Shown here piece by piece: positions 1 through 9,725 of a stretch of DNA of 64,000 nucleotides. Source of the DNA: an uncultured Gemmatimonadaceae bacterium (GTDB lineage: Bacteria > Gemmatimonadota > Gemmatimonadetes > Gemmatimonadales > Gemmatimonadaceae). The position numbers and the translations under genes were made by a program. The DNA is taken from positions 768,001 through 832,000 of the forward strand of contig OY970320.1 of the NCBI GenBank assembly GCA_963716745.1, given 5' to 3'. The notes under the pieces are model-generated. The model saw nothing but the letters and a program-made list of their open reading frames with translations, searched no databases and was not told the origin of the DNA. Each line of letters begins with the position of its first letter. The stretch's first letter is position 1.

Positions 1-41
1 ATAAAGTTGCGCTCGAACTCTGGAAGCGGGAGAATTGACGC

Positions 42-686
42 ATGAGGTGGAGGGGCGGTGCGCTGATCATCGTATCGAGTGTCCTGCTCACGGCAGCTCC
101 GGCCGCGGCGCAGGACTCCACGCGCGCCGGTCTGCCGGGCGGTTGGGTGGTGCGTCCCTCCGCACTCACCGAGGTCGATGACCGGATCAAGCAGCAGGCC
201 CGCGGCGTTTCCGCCACCGATCCGCCGCAGCGGTCCGCCTTCTGGGATGCCGCGTATCCGGCGACGCCGGCCGAATATGACTCGGTCGCGGGCAATGCGC
301 TGTTGCTCATCTCCGCGATCGCGCACGATTCGGTGAATTTCCCGATCTCGTCCATCTATCTCCAATCGGGCGGCAGACTGTACGAGCTGCAGATGGTCCG
401 GTCCGTCCTCACGCGCCGTGCGAAGAAGGACGACGCGATCGCGCGCACGTACGGCCGCTATCGCGAGGACGTGATCTGTCTGCTGCCGATGGCGATCAAT
501 CGCGACGGCGCGCGCCTCATCGTGATGTTCAACGGCGAAGGGACCGCGGCCGTGGGCACGATGGGTTCCGTGCTCCCACCCGCCGTCGCCGGCTTGCTCC
601 GGGCGCCGCCGAAGCGCACTGTTCCCAGCGAGCAGGCGCTCGCCGACATGATCGCGCGAGAGTATCCGGGCCTGCTCGACGAGTGA
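42..686 (+). CDS. Hypothetical secreted protein
   Basis: 214-aa ORF with signal peptide (...TAAPAAAQ). TTGCGC(7-12)-N17-GAGAAT(30-35) lies 6 nt before the ATG. Confidence 0.7.
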   Translation: MRWRGGALIIVSSVLLTAAPAAAQDSTRAGLPGGWVVRPSALTEVDDRIKQQARGVSATDPPQRSAFWDAAYPATPAEYDSVAGNALLLISAIAHDSVNFPISSIYLQSGGRLYELQMVRSVLTRRAKKDDAIARTYGRYREDVICLLPMAINRDGARLIVMFNGEGTAAVGTMGSVLPPAVAGLLRAPPKRTVPSEQALADMIAREYPGLLDE

Positions 687-724
687 GCTGACGCCGCTCG
701 CCCACTTCGACCAGCGGAGAGACA

Positions 725-988
725 ATGACAGGCTTTGCCATCAGCGTCACGGGCCTCATCTGGATGCTTCTGATCGGCGCCCTCGTCGGCTTTCTCGCGG
801 GCAAGATCATGAAGGGGAGTGGATTCGGCGCGCTCGGCAACATCCTCGTCGGCATCGTGGGGTCGATCCTCGGCGGGTTCGTCTTCGGACTGCTCGGCAT
901 CTACTCGGGCAGCCTCATCGGCAGCCTGATCATGTCCGTCATTGGCGCCTGCCTGCTGCTTTGGATCATCGCGATGATCAAGAAATAG
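725..988 (+). CDS. GlsB/YeaQ/YmgE (transglycosylase-associated) membrane protein
   Basis: 87 aa, Gly-rich TM pattern LIGALVGFLAGKIMKG..NILVGIVGSILGG; GGAGA RBS. Confidence 0.9.
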   Translation: MTGFAISVTGLIWMLLIGALVGFLAGKIMKGSGFGALGNILVGIVGSILGGFVFGLLGIYSGSLIGSLIMSVIGACLLLWIIAMIKK

Positions 989-995
989 CACGGCA

Positions 996-1482
996 ATGAC
1001 GACCCCCGATCCTGCGCGCCAGCTCCTTCGCCACACATTGGCGACGCTGGCGTATCGCGCCGCGAAACCGCTGCGCGATGCGCCGCCGGAATTCGCCGGC
1101 TTCCGTCCCAAAGGCTCGAGCCGAACGCCCGCCGAGATCCTCGCGCACATGTGCGATCTGATGGACTGGGCGCTCCATCTTGCGCACGGGCAGCATACGT
1201 GGAACGAGACGCCCGTTCAGGCGTGGGAGAGAGATGTGAAGCGATTCTTCGACGCGGTCGCGGCCTTCGACGCCGTGCTCGCGGGACCGGCGCCGTTGGG
1301 GCGGACGCCGGAAATATTATTCCAAGGCCCGATCGCGGATGCATTGCAGCATACGGGACAATTGACATATCTGCGCCGTTTGAGCGGTGCGCCGATGAAA
1401 GGGCGAGAGTTATGCGCGGGCGGAAATCGTGGCTGGAAGAGTCGGGATCGAGCAATCCAAGCCGAAGATCGAATTCGATTAG
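996..1482 (+). CDS. DinB/YfiT-like metal-binding protein (one frameshift near 1400)
   Basis: EILAHMCD and DALQHTGQL..LRRL motifs; natural C-terminus (ESYARAEIVAGRVG..IEFD*) in a shifted frame ending TAG 1480-1482. Confidence 0.8.
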
Positions 1483-1489
1483 CAGTTCC

Positions 1490-1667
1490 CTGTGAGCTGT
1501 TGACTGTGAACTGTCGACTGGCAGTCACTCGTGACTGTTTACTGGTGACTGCGAGTTCTCAAGCGGGCATGTGGCTCGAGCCACCTGCGCATTGAGAGTC
1601 GCAGTCACCAGCAAACAGTCACGAGTGACCGCCAGTCGACAGTTCACAGTCAACAGTTCACAGAAAA
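1490..1667. repeat. Family A heptamer-periodic inverted repeat, copy 1 (arms in swapped order)
   Basis: CTGTGAGCTGTTGACTG...GACTGCGA, spacer, TCGCAGTC...CACAGAAAA; same arms as the other copies. Confidence 0.9.
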
Positions 1668-1680
1668 ACAACAACTCCGC

Positions 1681-2649
1681 ATGCACGCGATCCAAGTCTC
1701 CACACTCGGCGGTCCCGAGGTCCTACAAGCAATCGACCTCCCCCGCCCCACGCCGAAATCCAACGAAGCGCTGATAGAACTCCGCGCGATCGGCGTGAAT
1801 TTCATTGACGTCTATTTTCGCGAAGGCCGCTATCCCACCTCCCTCCCCTTCATTCCCGGGCAAGAAGGCGCGGGCGTCATCGTCGAAGTGGGCGCCGACG
1901 TCAAGAACCTGAAGCCCGGCGACCGCGTGGCCTACACCGGCGCTTTCGGCGCATACGCGCAATTCCAGTCGGTCGCGGCGAATGCGCTCGTACGCATTCC
2001 CGACACGATCGATTTCCGCCACGCCGCCGGCGCGATGTTGCAGGGCATGACCGCGCATTATCTCACGCGCAACAGCTACGCGATCAGTGCGGGCGATATC
2101 GTGCTCGTGCATGCGGCGGCCGGCGGCGTCGGTTCGCTGTTGGTGCAAATGGCCAAGCGGCTCGGCGCGACCGTGATCGCCACCGCGGGCACGGAGGAGA
2201 AAGCCGCGCTCGCGCGCGCCGAAGGCGCCGACCACACGATCGTGTACGCGACGCACGATTTCGAAGTGGAGACCAAACGCATCACGGGCGGCCGCGGCGT
2301 CAACGCCGTGTACGATGGCGTCGGCAAGGCGACGTTCGACAAGGATCTCAATGTCCTGCGCCCGCGCGGGATGCTCGTGCTCTATGGCGGATCGAGCGGC
2401 GCGGTGCCGCCTTTCGATCCGATGATCCTCTCACGCAAGGGCTCGCTGTCGCTCACGCGACCCACGCTCGCGCACTTCATTGCCACACGTGATGAGCTCG
2501 AGATGCGCGCCGGCGAAGTGCTCGACGCCGTTTCGAAGGGCGACTTGAAACTGCGCCTCACGCACGACTACCCGCTGGCCGACGCGGCGCAAGCGCACCG
2601 CGATCTCGAAGCGCGGCGCACCACCGGCAAGGTGCTGCTCATACCCTAG
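1681..2649 (+). CDS. qor: NADPH:quinone oxidoreductase (zeta-crystallin/MDR family)
   Basis: GVNFIDVYFREG, HAAAGGVG, YDGVGK, TTGKVLLIP motifs. Confidence 0.93.
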   Translation: MHAIQVSTLGGPEVLQAIDLPRPTPKSNEALIELRAIGVNFIDVYFREGRYPTSLPFIPGQEGAGVIVEVGADVKNLKPGDRVAYTGAFGAYAQFQSVAANALVRIPDTIDFRHAAGAMLQGMTAHYLTRNSYAISAGDIVLVHAAAGGVGSLLVQMAKRLGATVIATAGTEEKAALARAEGADHTIVYATHDFEVETKRITGGRGVNAVYDGVGKATFDKDLNVLRPRGMLVLYGGSSGAVPPFDPMILSRKGSLSLTRPTLAHFIATRDELEMRAGEVLDAVSKGDLKLRLTHDYPLADAAQAHRDLEARRTTGKVLLIP

Positions 2650-5303
2650 CCGTTCCGCATCACGCCCACCGGATCGGCGCGGCTGGCCTTTCGCGCCGGC
2701 ACCCACGTGGCCACGAGCGCCGTCGTCACCAGGATCGCCGGCACCACGGTGAACGTGAGCGGATCCAGTGCCCCCACGCCGTACAGCAGCGCGCTCACCG
2801 CGCGCGTCGCGGCGATCGCGGCCGTGAGACCGATCGCCACCCCGATCGCCACGAGCCGCAGCCCGCGACGTACCACCAACCACTGCACCTGCCCCGCGCG
2901 CGCGCCCAGCGCGACTCGGATCCCCATCTCGCGCGCGCGGTCGGCCGCGAGCTGCGCCATCACGCCGTACACTCCCACCACCGAGAGCAGCAACCCCACG
3001 CCCGCGAACACGAGCAGCATCGTCGCGAGGAAACGCTGTTGCGCGACGGACTCAGCGCCGACATCGGCCATCGTACGCACGCTCGCGAGCGCGAGATTCG
3101 GATCCATTTCCCGGACGGCGCTTCGCAGCGCCGGCACGAGCGCGAACGGATCGCCGGAGGCGCGCATGATGAGCGTGGCCGTGCTCTGCGCCTCCTGCGC
3201 GAACGGCGCCAGGAATTCTTCCCGCGGTTCGGCGGCGAGTCCTTCCTGCCTCTCGCTGCCCACGACGCCCACGATCGTGCGCCATGTGGAGTTCGCATCC
3301 GGCACGCGGTCGAAGCAGACACGCACGCCGATCGGGTCGCGATCCTTGAAGTAACGCTTCGCCAGCGCCTCGTTGATGAGCAATACCAAGGGCGTGCCCT
3401 TCCGGTCCTGAGGAGTCAGCAGGCGTCCGCTCAGCAGCTTCACGCGCATCACACGTTGGTAATCCGGCGAGATCTCGCGATGCACCACGTTGGATCCGAA
3501 TCGCTCGCCGCCCGTTCCCTCCACTGAGAAATCGCTCGACCACGGCGGACTCGTCAGCGGCAACTGGGTGGTGTACGCCGTGCCCTGCACGCCCGGCATC
3601 GCGCCCATGCGCTCGCCCAGGCCATCGAGGAACCGGATCACCTTGGCCGCGCTGTCATATCGCACGCCGGGGAAATCGATCTGCGCCGTAAGCAGGCCCG
3701 CCGACTCGAAGCCCGGATCCACCTGATTCAAGTGCCAGAGACTGCGCACGAACAACCCGGCGCCCACGGTGAGCAGCAGCGCGAGCGCGACTTCGCCCGC
3801 CACGAGCACGCTCCCCCAGCGCCGCGCGCGCCCGCCGGCTGTCCCGCCGCGGCCACCCTCCTGCATCGCCTCCGCCGGCATGCGTCGCGCGCTCCACAGT
3901 GCGGGCGCGATGCCGAACAGCGCGCCGCTCACCGCGGTGATCGCGACCACGTATGCGAGCACGCCCCAACTCACCGTCACGTCGCTCACCGGCAGCAGTC
4001 CCGCTGGACGCAGTGCGAGCAGCGCGCCCGTCGCCCACCATCCGAGCACGAGCCCCGCCGCGCCGCCGAGCGCGGAGAGCACGAGACTCTCGGTGAGCGC
4101 CTGGCGAATGATTCGGCCGCGTCCCGCGCCGAGCGCAAGACGCACGGCGACTTCGCGATCGCGGCTCGCCGCGTGCGCCAGCAGGAGATTTCCCACGTTC
4201 GCGCACGCGATCAATAGGAGGAGTGCGACGGCACCCAGCAGCACCATGAGCGGCCGGCGCGTGGCGCCGATGAGCGCGTCGTGCAGCGGCGCCATGCCCG
4301 CGCCCATCTTCGCGTTGGTCGCGGGATACTCTTGCTGCAACTGTGAAACAACGGTCTGGAACGAAGCGTTCGCCGCGTCCTCGCTCACGCCGGGTTTAAG
4401 TCGCGCGACGACGTCCGCGAAATGCGCGCGCCGGAACCAAACCTGCGAGCGGTCGGGCTTGTCCCACATCATCGGACGCCACACGTCCACATTCAGGCCG
4501 GGGAACGCGAAATTCGCCGGCAGCACGCCGACGATCGTGTTCGGCCGCCCGTTGAGCATGATCGAGGTGCCCACGACGCTGGCGCGCGCGCCGAATTGTT
4601 CGCGCCACAACCGGTCGGTGATCACCGCGACGCGCGGGCCCGTGTCCCACGTCTCATCGTCGGTGAACGTACGCCCGAGCGCCGCGCGCACGCCGAGCAG
4701 CTGGAAGAAATTGCCGGTCACCGAGCCGGAGCGCAGGAGCTGCGGCGGCGCGTCGCCGGTGAGCGTGACCATCGGCGTGAACGAGAGATACGCCGCGACA
4801 TCCTGGAACGCCGTCACGCGCTCGCGCCAATCCAGATAGTTCGCGGGTGCGGTCTGCGCCTGGTGCCAGTGATACTCGTCGTTGTCCTCGCCGAGCTTCA
4901 TCAGGCGTGACGCGTCGGCGAAGGGGAGCGGGCGCAGGATCACCGCGCTCACGGCGGAGAAGATCGCGGTATTCGCGCCGATCCCGAGTGCGAGCGTGAT
5001 GATGGCCGTGGCCGCAAGCACCGGCGCTCGGCTCAGCGCGCGCAGCGCGTAGCGCGTGTCGCCGAGGAGATCCTCGACCCACCGCGCGCCGCGGCCATCG
5101 CGATGCTCTTCTTTCATCGCCTCCACGCCGCCGAAGGCGATGTGCGCGCGACGGCGCGCCTCTGCTGGCGGCAGACCTGACCTGATGTTCTTCTCCGTCT
5201 CGAACTCGAGGTGGGTGCGGATCTCCTGCTCGAGATCGCGGTCGGCGCGGCGCTTGCCGAACACCGCGCGCAGGCGCTTCCAGAATCCATTGATGGGATC
5301 CAT
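2646..5303 (-). CDS. ADOP-type duplicated MacB/FtsX ABC permease
   Basis: Permease prefix (DLEQEIRTHL..ARRRAHIAFGG), LALGIGANTAIFS, LLIACANVGNLLLA, REMGIRVALGA; start MDPING just after padR. Confidence 0.93.
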   Translation of the reverse strand: MDPINGFWKRLRAVFGKRRADRDLEQEIRTHLEFETEKNIRSGLPPAEARRRAHIAFGGVEAMKEEHRDGRGARWVEDLLGDTRYALRALSRAPVLAATAIITLALGIGANTAIFSAVSAVILRPLPFADASRLMKLGEDNDEYHWHQAQTAPANYLDWRERVTAFQDVAAYLSFTPMVTLTGDAPPQLLRSGSVTGNFFQLLGVRAALGRTFTDDETWDTGPRVAVITDRLWREQFGARASVVGTSIMLNGRPNTIVGVLPANFAFPGLNVDVWRPMMWDKPDRSQVWFRRAHFADVVARLKPGVSEDAANASFQTVVSQLQQEYPATNAKMGAGMAPLHDALIGATRRPLMVLLGAVALLLLIACANVGNLLLAHAASRDREVAVRLALGAGRGRIIRQALTESLVLSALGGAAGLVLGWWATGALLALRPAGLLPVSDVTVSWGVLAYVVAITAVSGALFGIAPALWSARRMPAEAMQEGGRGGTAGGRARRWGSVLVAGEVALALLLTVGAGLFVRSLWHLNQVDPGFESAGLLTAQIDFPGVRYDSAAKVIRFLDGLGERMGAMPGVQGTAYTTQLPLTSPPWSSDFSVEGTGGERFGSNVVHREISPDYQRVMRVKLLSGRLLTPQDRKGTPLVLLINEALAKRYFKDRDPIGVRVCFDRVPDANSTWRTIVGVVGSERQEGLAAEPREEFLAPFAQEAQSTATLIMRASGDPFALVPALRSAVREMDPNLALASVRTMADVGAESVAQQRFLATMLLVFAGVGLLLSVVGVYGVMAQLAADRAREMGIRVALGARAGQVQWLVVRRGLRLVAIGVAIGLTAAIAATRAVSALLYGVGALDPLTFTVVPAILVTTALVATWVPARKASRADPVGVMRNG

Positions 5304-5308
5304 GAGGC

Positions 5309-5641
5309 TCACGCGGTGCCGAGGATGTGATCCACGGCCAGGACATAGCGCCGCCAACTCTCCGTCTCGGCGCCCACCGCGCGCTTGCCGCTGGCGGTGA
5401 GGCGATAGTATTTCGCGCGCCGATTGTTCTCCGTCGTGCGCCAATCACTGTCGATCCAGCCGCGCTGTTCGAGCCGCTGCAGCGCCGGATAGAGCGATCC
5501 TTGATTGACGTCGAGCACGCCACGCGAGGTCTGTTGAATGCGCTGACTGATCCCCCACCCGTGCATGGGTTCGAGGGTGAGGGTTTTCAGGATCAGGAGA
5601 TCCAGTGTGCCGCGGAGGACGTCGGAGGGGATGGGGGGCAT
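5309..5641 (-). CDS. padR: PadR-family transcriptional regulator
   Basis: GTLDLLILKTL..MHGWGI..GSLYPALQRLE..RRAKYYRLT. Confidence 0.95.
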   Translation of the reverse strand: MPPIPSDVLRGTLDLLILKTLTLEPMHGWGISQRIQQTSRGVLDVNQGSLYPALQRLEQRGWIDSDWRTTENNRRAKYYRLTASGKRAVGAETESWRRYVLAVDHILGTA

Positions 5642-5649
5642 TCTGTTCA

Positions 5650-5699
5650 TCTTCTGTTGGGAGTCTACAGAAGAGTAATTCCTTCCTGTCGGAAAGCAA
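5650..5699 (-). promoter_or_regulatory. padR promoter with overlapping palindromic operator
   Basis: Minus strand TTGCTT-N16-TACTCT; inverted repeat TCTTCTGT-N9-ACAGAAGA at 5650-5674; same design as at 12703-12755. Confidence 0.65.
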
Positions 5700-5710
5700 G
5701 AGGAACTACT

Positions 5711-5939
5711 AACTACTGCCACCAGCGCCGTAGCGTTGCAGTCAACAGTAAACAGTCACGAGTGACTGCCAGTCTACAGTCTACAGTCAACAGCTCACAG
5801 AAAACGGCCGGAGTGCCGATCGGCTGTGCTCGCACATGGAGCGGCTTTCTGTGAACTGTTGACTGTAGACTGTAGACTGGCAGGTACTCGTGACTGTTTA
5901 CTGTTCACTGCAACGCTACCGGCACTGGTGGCAGTAGTT
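5711..5939. repeat. Family A inverted repeat, copy 2 (with outer arms AACTAC...GTAGTT)
   Basis: AACTACTGCCACCAG..TGCAGTCAACAGTAAACAGTCACGAGTGACTGCCAGTCTACAG...CAGAAAA followed by its reverse complement. Confidence 0.92.
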
Positions 5940-6005
5940 CCCACTCGCTAGCCCTACCCGATGCACGCGAATAAACTCATAGCACCTCTCCCTCCAACGG
6001 ACCCC

Positions 6006-8226
6006 ATGCGTCGACTCCTCGCCCCCGCTCTGGCACTCGCCACCTCCCTCTCCGCCCAGGGCACGCTCACAACAGACCGTATCTTCTCCTCCCGCGAATT
6101 CGCCGCCGAGCGCTTCGGCGAAACGCGGTGGCTGGATGACAGTACCTACACCACCCTCTCCGGCTCCGATCTCGTGCGCGTCTCCGCGGCCACCGGAGCA
6201 AAGAGCGTCCTTGTCAGCGCCGCCTTCCTCACCCCAGCCGGCGCGAGCGCGCCACTGGATGTCGAAGATTACGAATGGTCCGCCGATCACACGAAACTCC
6301 TGATCTTCACCAACAGCGCCCGCGTGTGGCGTGAGAATACGCGCGGCGATTTCTGGGTACTCGATCTCGCCTCGCACCGCCTCGCCCAGCTCGGCGGGGC
6401 CGCGGCGCGCGCGAATCCCAGCACGATGCAATTCGCCAAGTTCTCGCCGGATGGGAAGAGAGTCGGTTACGTGCGCGCGCACGATCTCTACGTCGAGTCC
6501 GCCGACTCGAGCGCGATCACGCGGCTCACGAACGACGGATCCGTCACGATCATCAATGGCACGTTCGACTGGGTATACGAAGAAGAACTCGGCATGCGCG
6601 ACGGCTTCCGCTGGAGCCCCGACGGCACGCACATCGCGTATTGGCAGCTCGACGCGAGCGGCGTCCGCGATTTCCTGCTGATCAACAACACCGATTCGCT
6701 CTACTCGTTCGTGAAGCCGATCCAGTATCCGAAGGCCGGGACCACGAATTCCTCCGCGAAGCTCGGCGTCGTGAGCGCCGCGGGCGGACCCACCACCTGG
6801 ATGCAGATCCCCGGCGATCCGCGCAATAACTACATCGCGCGCATGGATTGGGCGGCGAACTCCACCGAACTCACGGTGCAGCAGCTCAACCGCCGGCAGA
6901 ACGTGAACACGCTCTGGTTCGCGACCGCCGCCACCGGCGCCGTGCGCTCGGTGCTCGTCGAGCGCGACAGCGCATGGATCGACATCTGGTCGCCGACGGA
7001 CACTCCGCTCTCCTGGTACAACAACGCGAAGTCGTTCGTGTGGCTCAGCGAGCGCGACGGCTGGCAGCATGCGTATTCCGTGGGCCGCGACGGCGCGATG
7101 AAACTCATCACGAAAGGCGCGTATGATGTGATGGGTATCGATTACATCGACACCGCCGGCGGCTGGCTCTATTTCTACGCGTCGCCCACGAACGCGACGC
7201 AGCGATTCCTCTGGCGCGCGCGACTCGACGGCACCGGCGATGCGCAGCGCCTCACGCCCGCGGGTGAACGCGGTTATCACTCGTACAACGTTGGCCCCGG
7301 CGCGCACTATGCCATTCACAGCTGGAGTCAGTGGGGCGTGCCGCCGCGCACCGAGCTCGTGCAGCTGCCGTCGCACAAGACCGTGCGCATGCTCGTCACC
7401 AACGACGCGCTCGCCGCCAAGACTCGCCGCCGTCACGAAGGGCACGCAGGAATTCTTCCAGGTGGATATCGGCGGCGGCGTGAAGCTCGACGCGTGGATG
7501 ATGAAACCGCCCGGCTTCGATCCGTCCAAGAAATATCCAATTCTCTACACGATCTACGGCGAGCCCGCCGCCCAGACAGTGCTCGATGCGTACGGCGGCG
7601 CTCGCTGGCTCTGGGATGTCATGCTCACGCAAAAGGGCTACATCGTCGCGAGCGTAGACAATCGCGGCACCCCCGCGCCCAAGGGCCGCGCGTGGCGCAA
7701 GGCCGTACTCGGCCAGATCGGCGGCCTGCGCGTGCGCGAACAGAGTGCGGCCGCGAAGATCATCGGCCGCATGCCCGGCGTGGATTCCACGCGCGTCGCC
7801 GTGTGGGGATGGAGCGGCGGCGGCTCGAGCACGCTGCTCCTCATGTTCCGCGCACCCGATGTGTACAAGGTCGGCATGGCCGTCGCGCCGGTGGCTGACG
7901 TTCACGATTACGACACGATCTATCAGGAGCGGTATGTCGGACTCCCCTCGACCGATTCCGCCGCGTATTACGACGCATCGGGCGTGAATTTCGTGAGCGG
8001 ATTGAAGGGCGATCTACTCGTCGTGCACGGGTCTGGCGATGACAACGTGCACTATCAGGGCACGGAGCAGTTGATCAATGCCCTCGTCGCCGCGGGGAAA
8101 CCGTTCACGATGATGGAATATCCGAATCGCACGCACGGCATTTACGAGGGACGCGGGACGACGCTCCACGTATACAATCTGCTCACGCGATTCCTTGAGG
8201 AGCATCTTCCGGCGGGAGGGAGATAA
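6006..8226 (+). CDS. S9B dipeptidyl-peptidase IV-like protein (frameshift near 7420)
   Basis: DWVYEEE propeller motif in frame 1; GWSGGG, DDNVH and NRTH catalytic motifs in frame 2; signal peptide. Confidence 0.92.
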
Positions 8227-8254
8227 CTCCCTACTGTCGCTTGCACGCTTCACT

Positions 8255-8432
8255 CTGCAGTCAACAGTAAACAGTCACGAGTACCTGCCAGTCGACAGTC
8301 AACAGTCAACAGGTCACAGAAAGCGGATCGCGGCGCGGGGCAGGTGTCTCGCACAACGATCCGTTTTCTGTGACCTGTGAACTGTTGACTGTCGACTGGC
8401 AGTCACTCGTGACTGTGTACTGTTGACTGCAG
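8255..8432. repeat. Family A inverted repeat, copy 3
   Basis: CTGCAGTCAACAGTAAACAGTCACGAG...CAGAAAG / TTTTCTGTG...GACTGCAG. Confidence 0.92.
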
Positions 8433-8505
8433 CTCGAAGCGCAGACAATTCTTGACAGTATCAGTCGCACAAGTCAGACTGCAATCACACCCCGCAGGAG
8501 CCCCT

Positions 8506-9463
8506 ATGTCCTCGCGCCTCTCCCTCGCCGCCCTCGCGCTCCTCAGCGCCGGTCCCGCCGCGATCAAGGAATATCCCCTTCCCCGCGCCAACGCCTTCCC
8601 TCACGACGTCGCCGTCGCGACGCGATGGCTCCGTCTACTATTCCGATCAAAGCAATAGCTTCATCGGCCATCTCGATCCGGCCACCGGCGCCGTCACCGA
8701 TATCGCGACACCCACTCCCGGCTCCGGCCCGCACGGCATCATCGTCGCGCCCGATGGCATGATCTGGTACACGGGCAACGCGCACAGCAATATCGGCCGA
8801 CTCGATCCTGCCACCGGCACGATCAAGGAATTCGCGATCCCGAGCACCGCGCGGGATCCGCATACGCCCGTCTGGCACAACGACCATCTCTGGTTCACGT
8901 CGCAGCAGTCGAATTCGTATGGTCAACTCGACCCGGCAACGGGCAGTGTGAACGTCTTCCAAATGCCGGTCGCGCACGCGCTGCCCTACGGCCTCGTGAA
9001 CGCGCCCGACGGTTCCATCTTCATGGCTGAGTTCGGCACCAATGTCATCGGCCGCATCGATCCCAAGTCCGGCACGCTCACGCAATTCACGCTGCCCGAC
9101 GGCGCTCGCCCGCGCCGCCTCGCCGTTGATTCACACGGCATCGTTTGGTATACCGACTTCGCGCGCGGATTCCTCGGCCGGCTCGATCCGGCAACGAAGC
9201 TGGTTGAGCAATTCCGCAGCCCCGGCGGCGCGCGTTCGGGTCCCTACGGCATCGCACTCGGCCCCGACGGCCGCGTCTGGTACGATGAGTCCGGCACGAG
9301 CAGTATTGTCGCCTTCGACTACGCGACGAAAGGGATGACCACGATGCCGATCCCCACGAAGGGCGCGATCGTGCGGAATATGTCGGTGGATTCCACGCGA
9401 AGTCGCGTGTGGCTCGCGCTGAGTGGCACACAGCGGATTGGGGAGATTGTGATCGCACCGTAA
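8506..9463 (+). CDS. Secreted Vgb-like (virginiamycin B lyase fold) beta-propeller (frameshift near 8620)
   Basis: Repeated PxGIxxxPDGxIWYT..IGRLDPATG units; AGGAG RBS; TTGACA-N17-CAGACT at 8452-8480. Confidence 0.85.
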
Positions 9464-9501
9464 CCGCTAACTACACGGCTAGATCGCCTGCACGCTTACG
9501 A

Positions 9502-9681
9502 TCGCAGTCAACAGTAAACAGTCACGAGTGACTGCCAGTCGACAGTCAACAGTCAACAGCTCACAGAAAACGGATCGTGGCTCTGGGAAAGCTCCCGGCG
9601 CAATGATCCGTTTTCTGTGAGCTGTTGACTGTTGACTGTAGACTGCCCTGCCGTTCTTGTGACTGTTTACTGTTGACTGCA
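9502..9681. repeat. Family A inverted repeat, copy 4
   Basis: Canonical left arm; variant right arm GACTGCCCTGCCGTTCTTGTGACTG. Confidence 0.92.
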
Positions 9682-9725
9682 ATGTTAAGCATACTGGCGG
9701 CCCAGCAGTTGTTCGTAGCCGGCGT

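Noticed and set aside
8506..9463. Streptogramin resistance gene vgb
   Set aside because: Only the propeller fold is supported; it has a signal peptide and the family is widespread.
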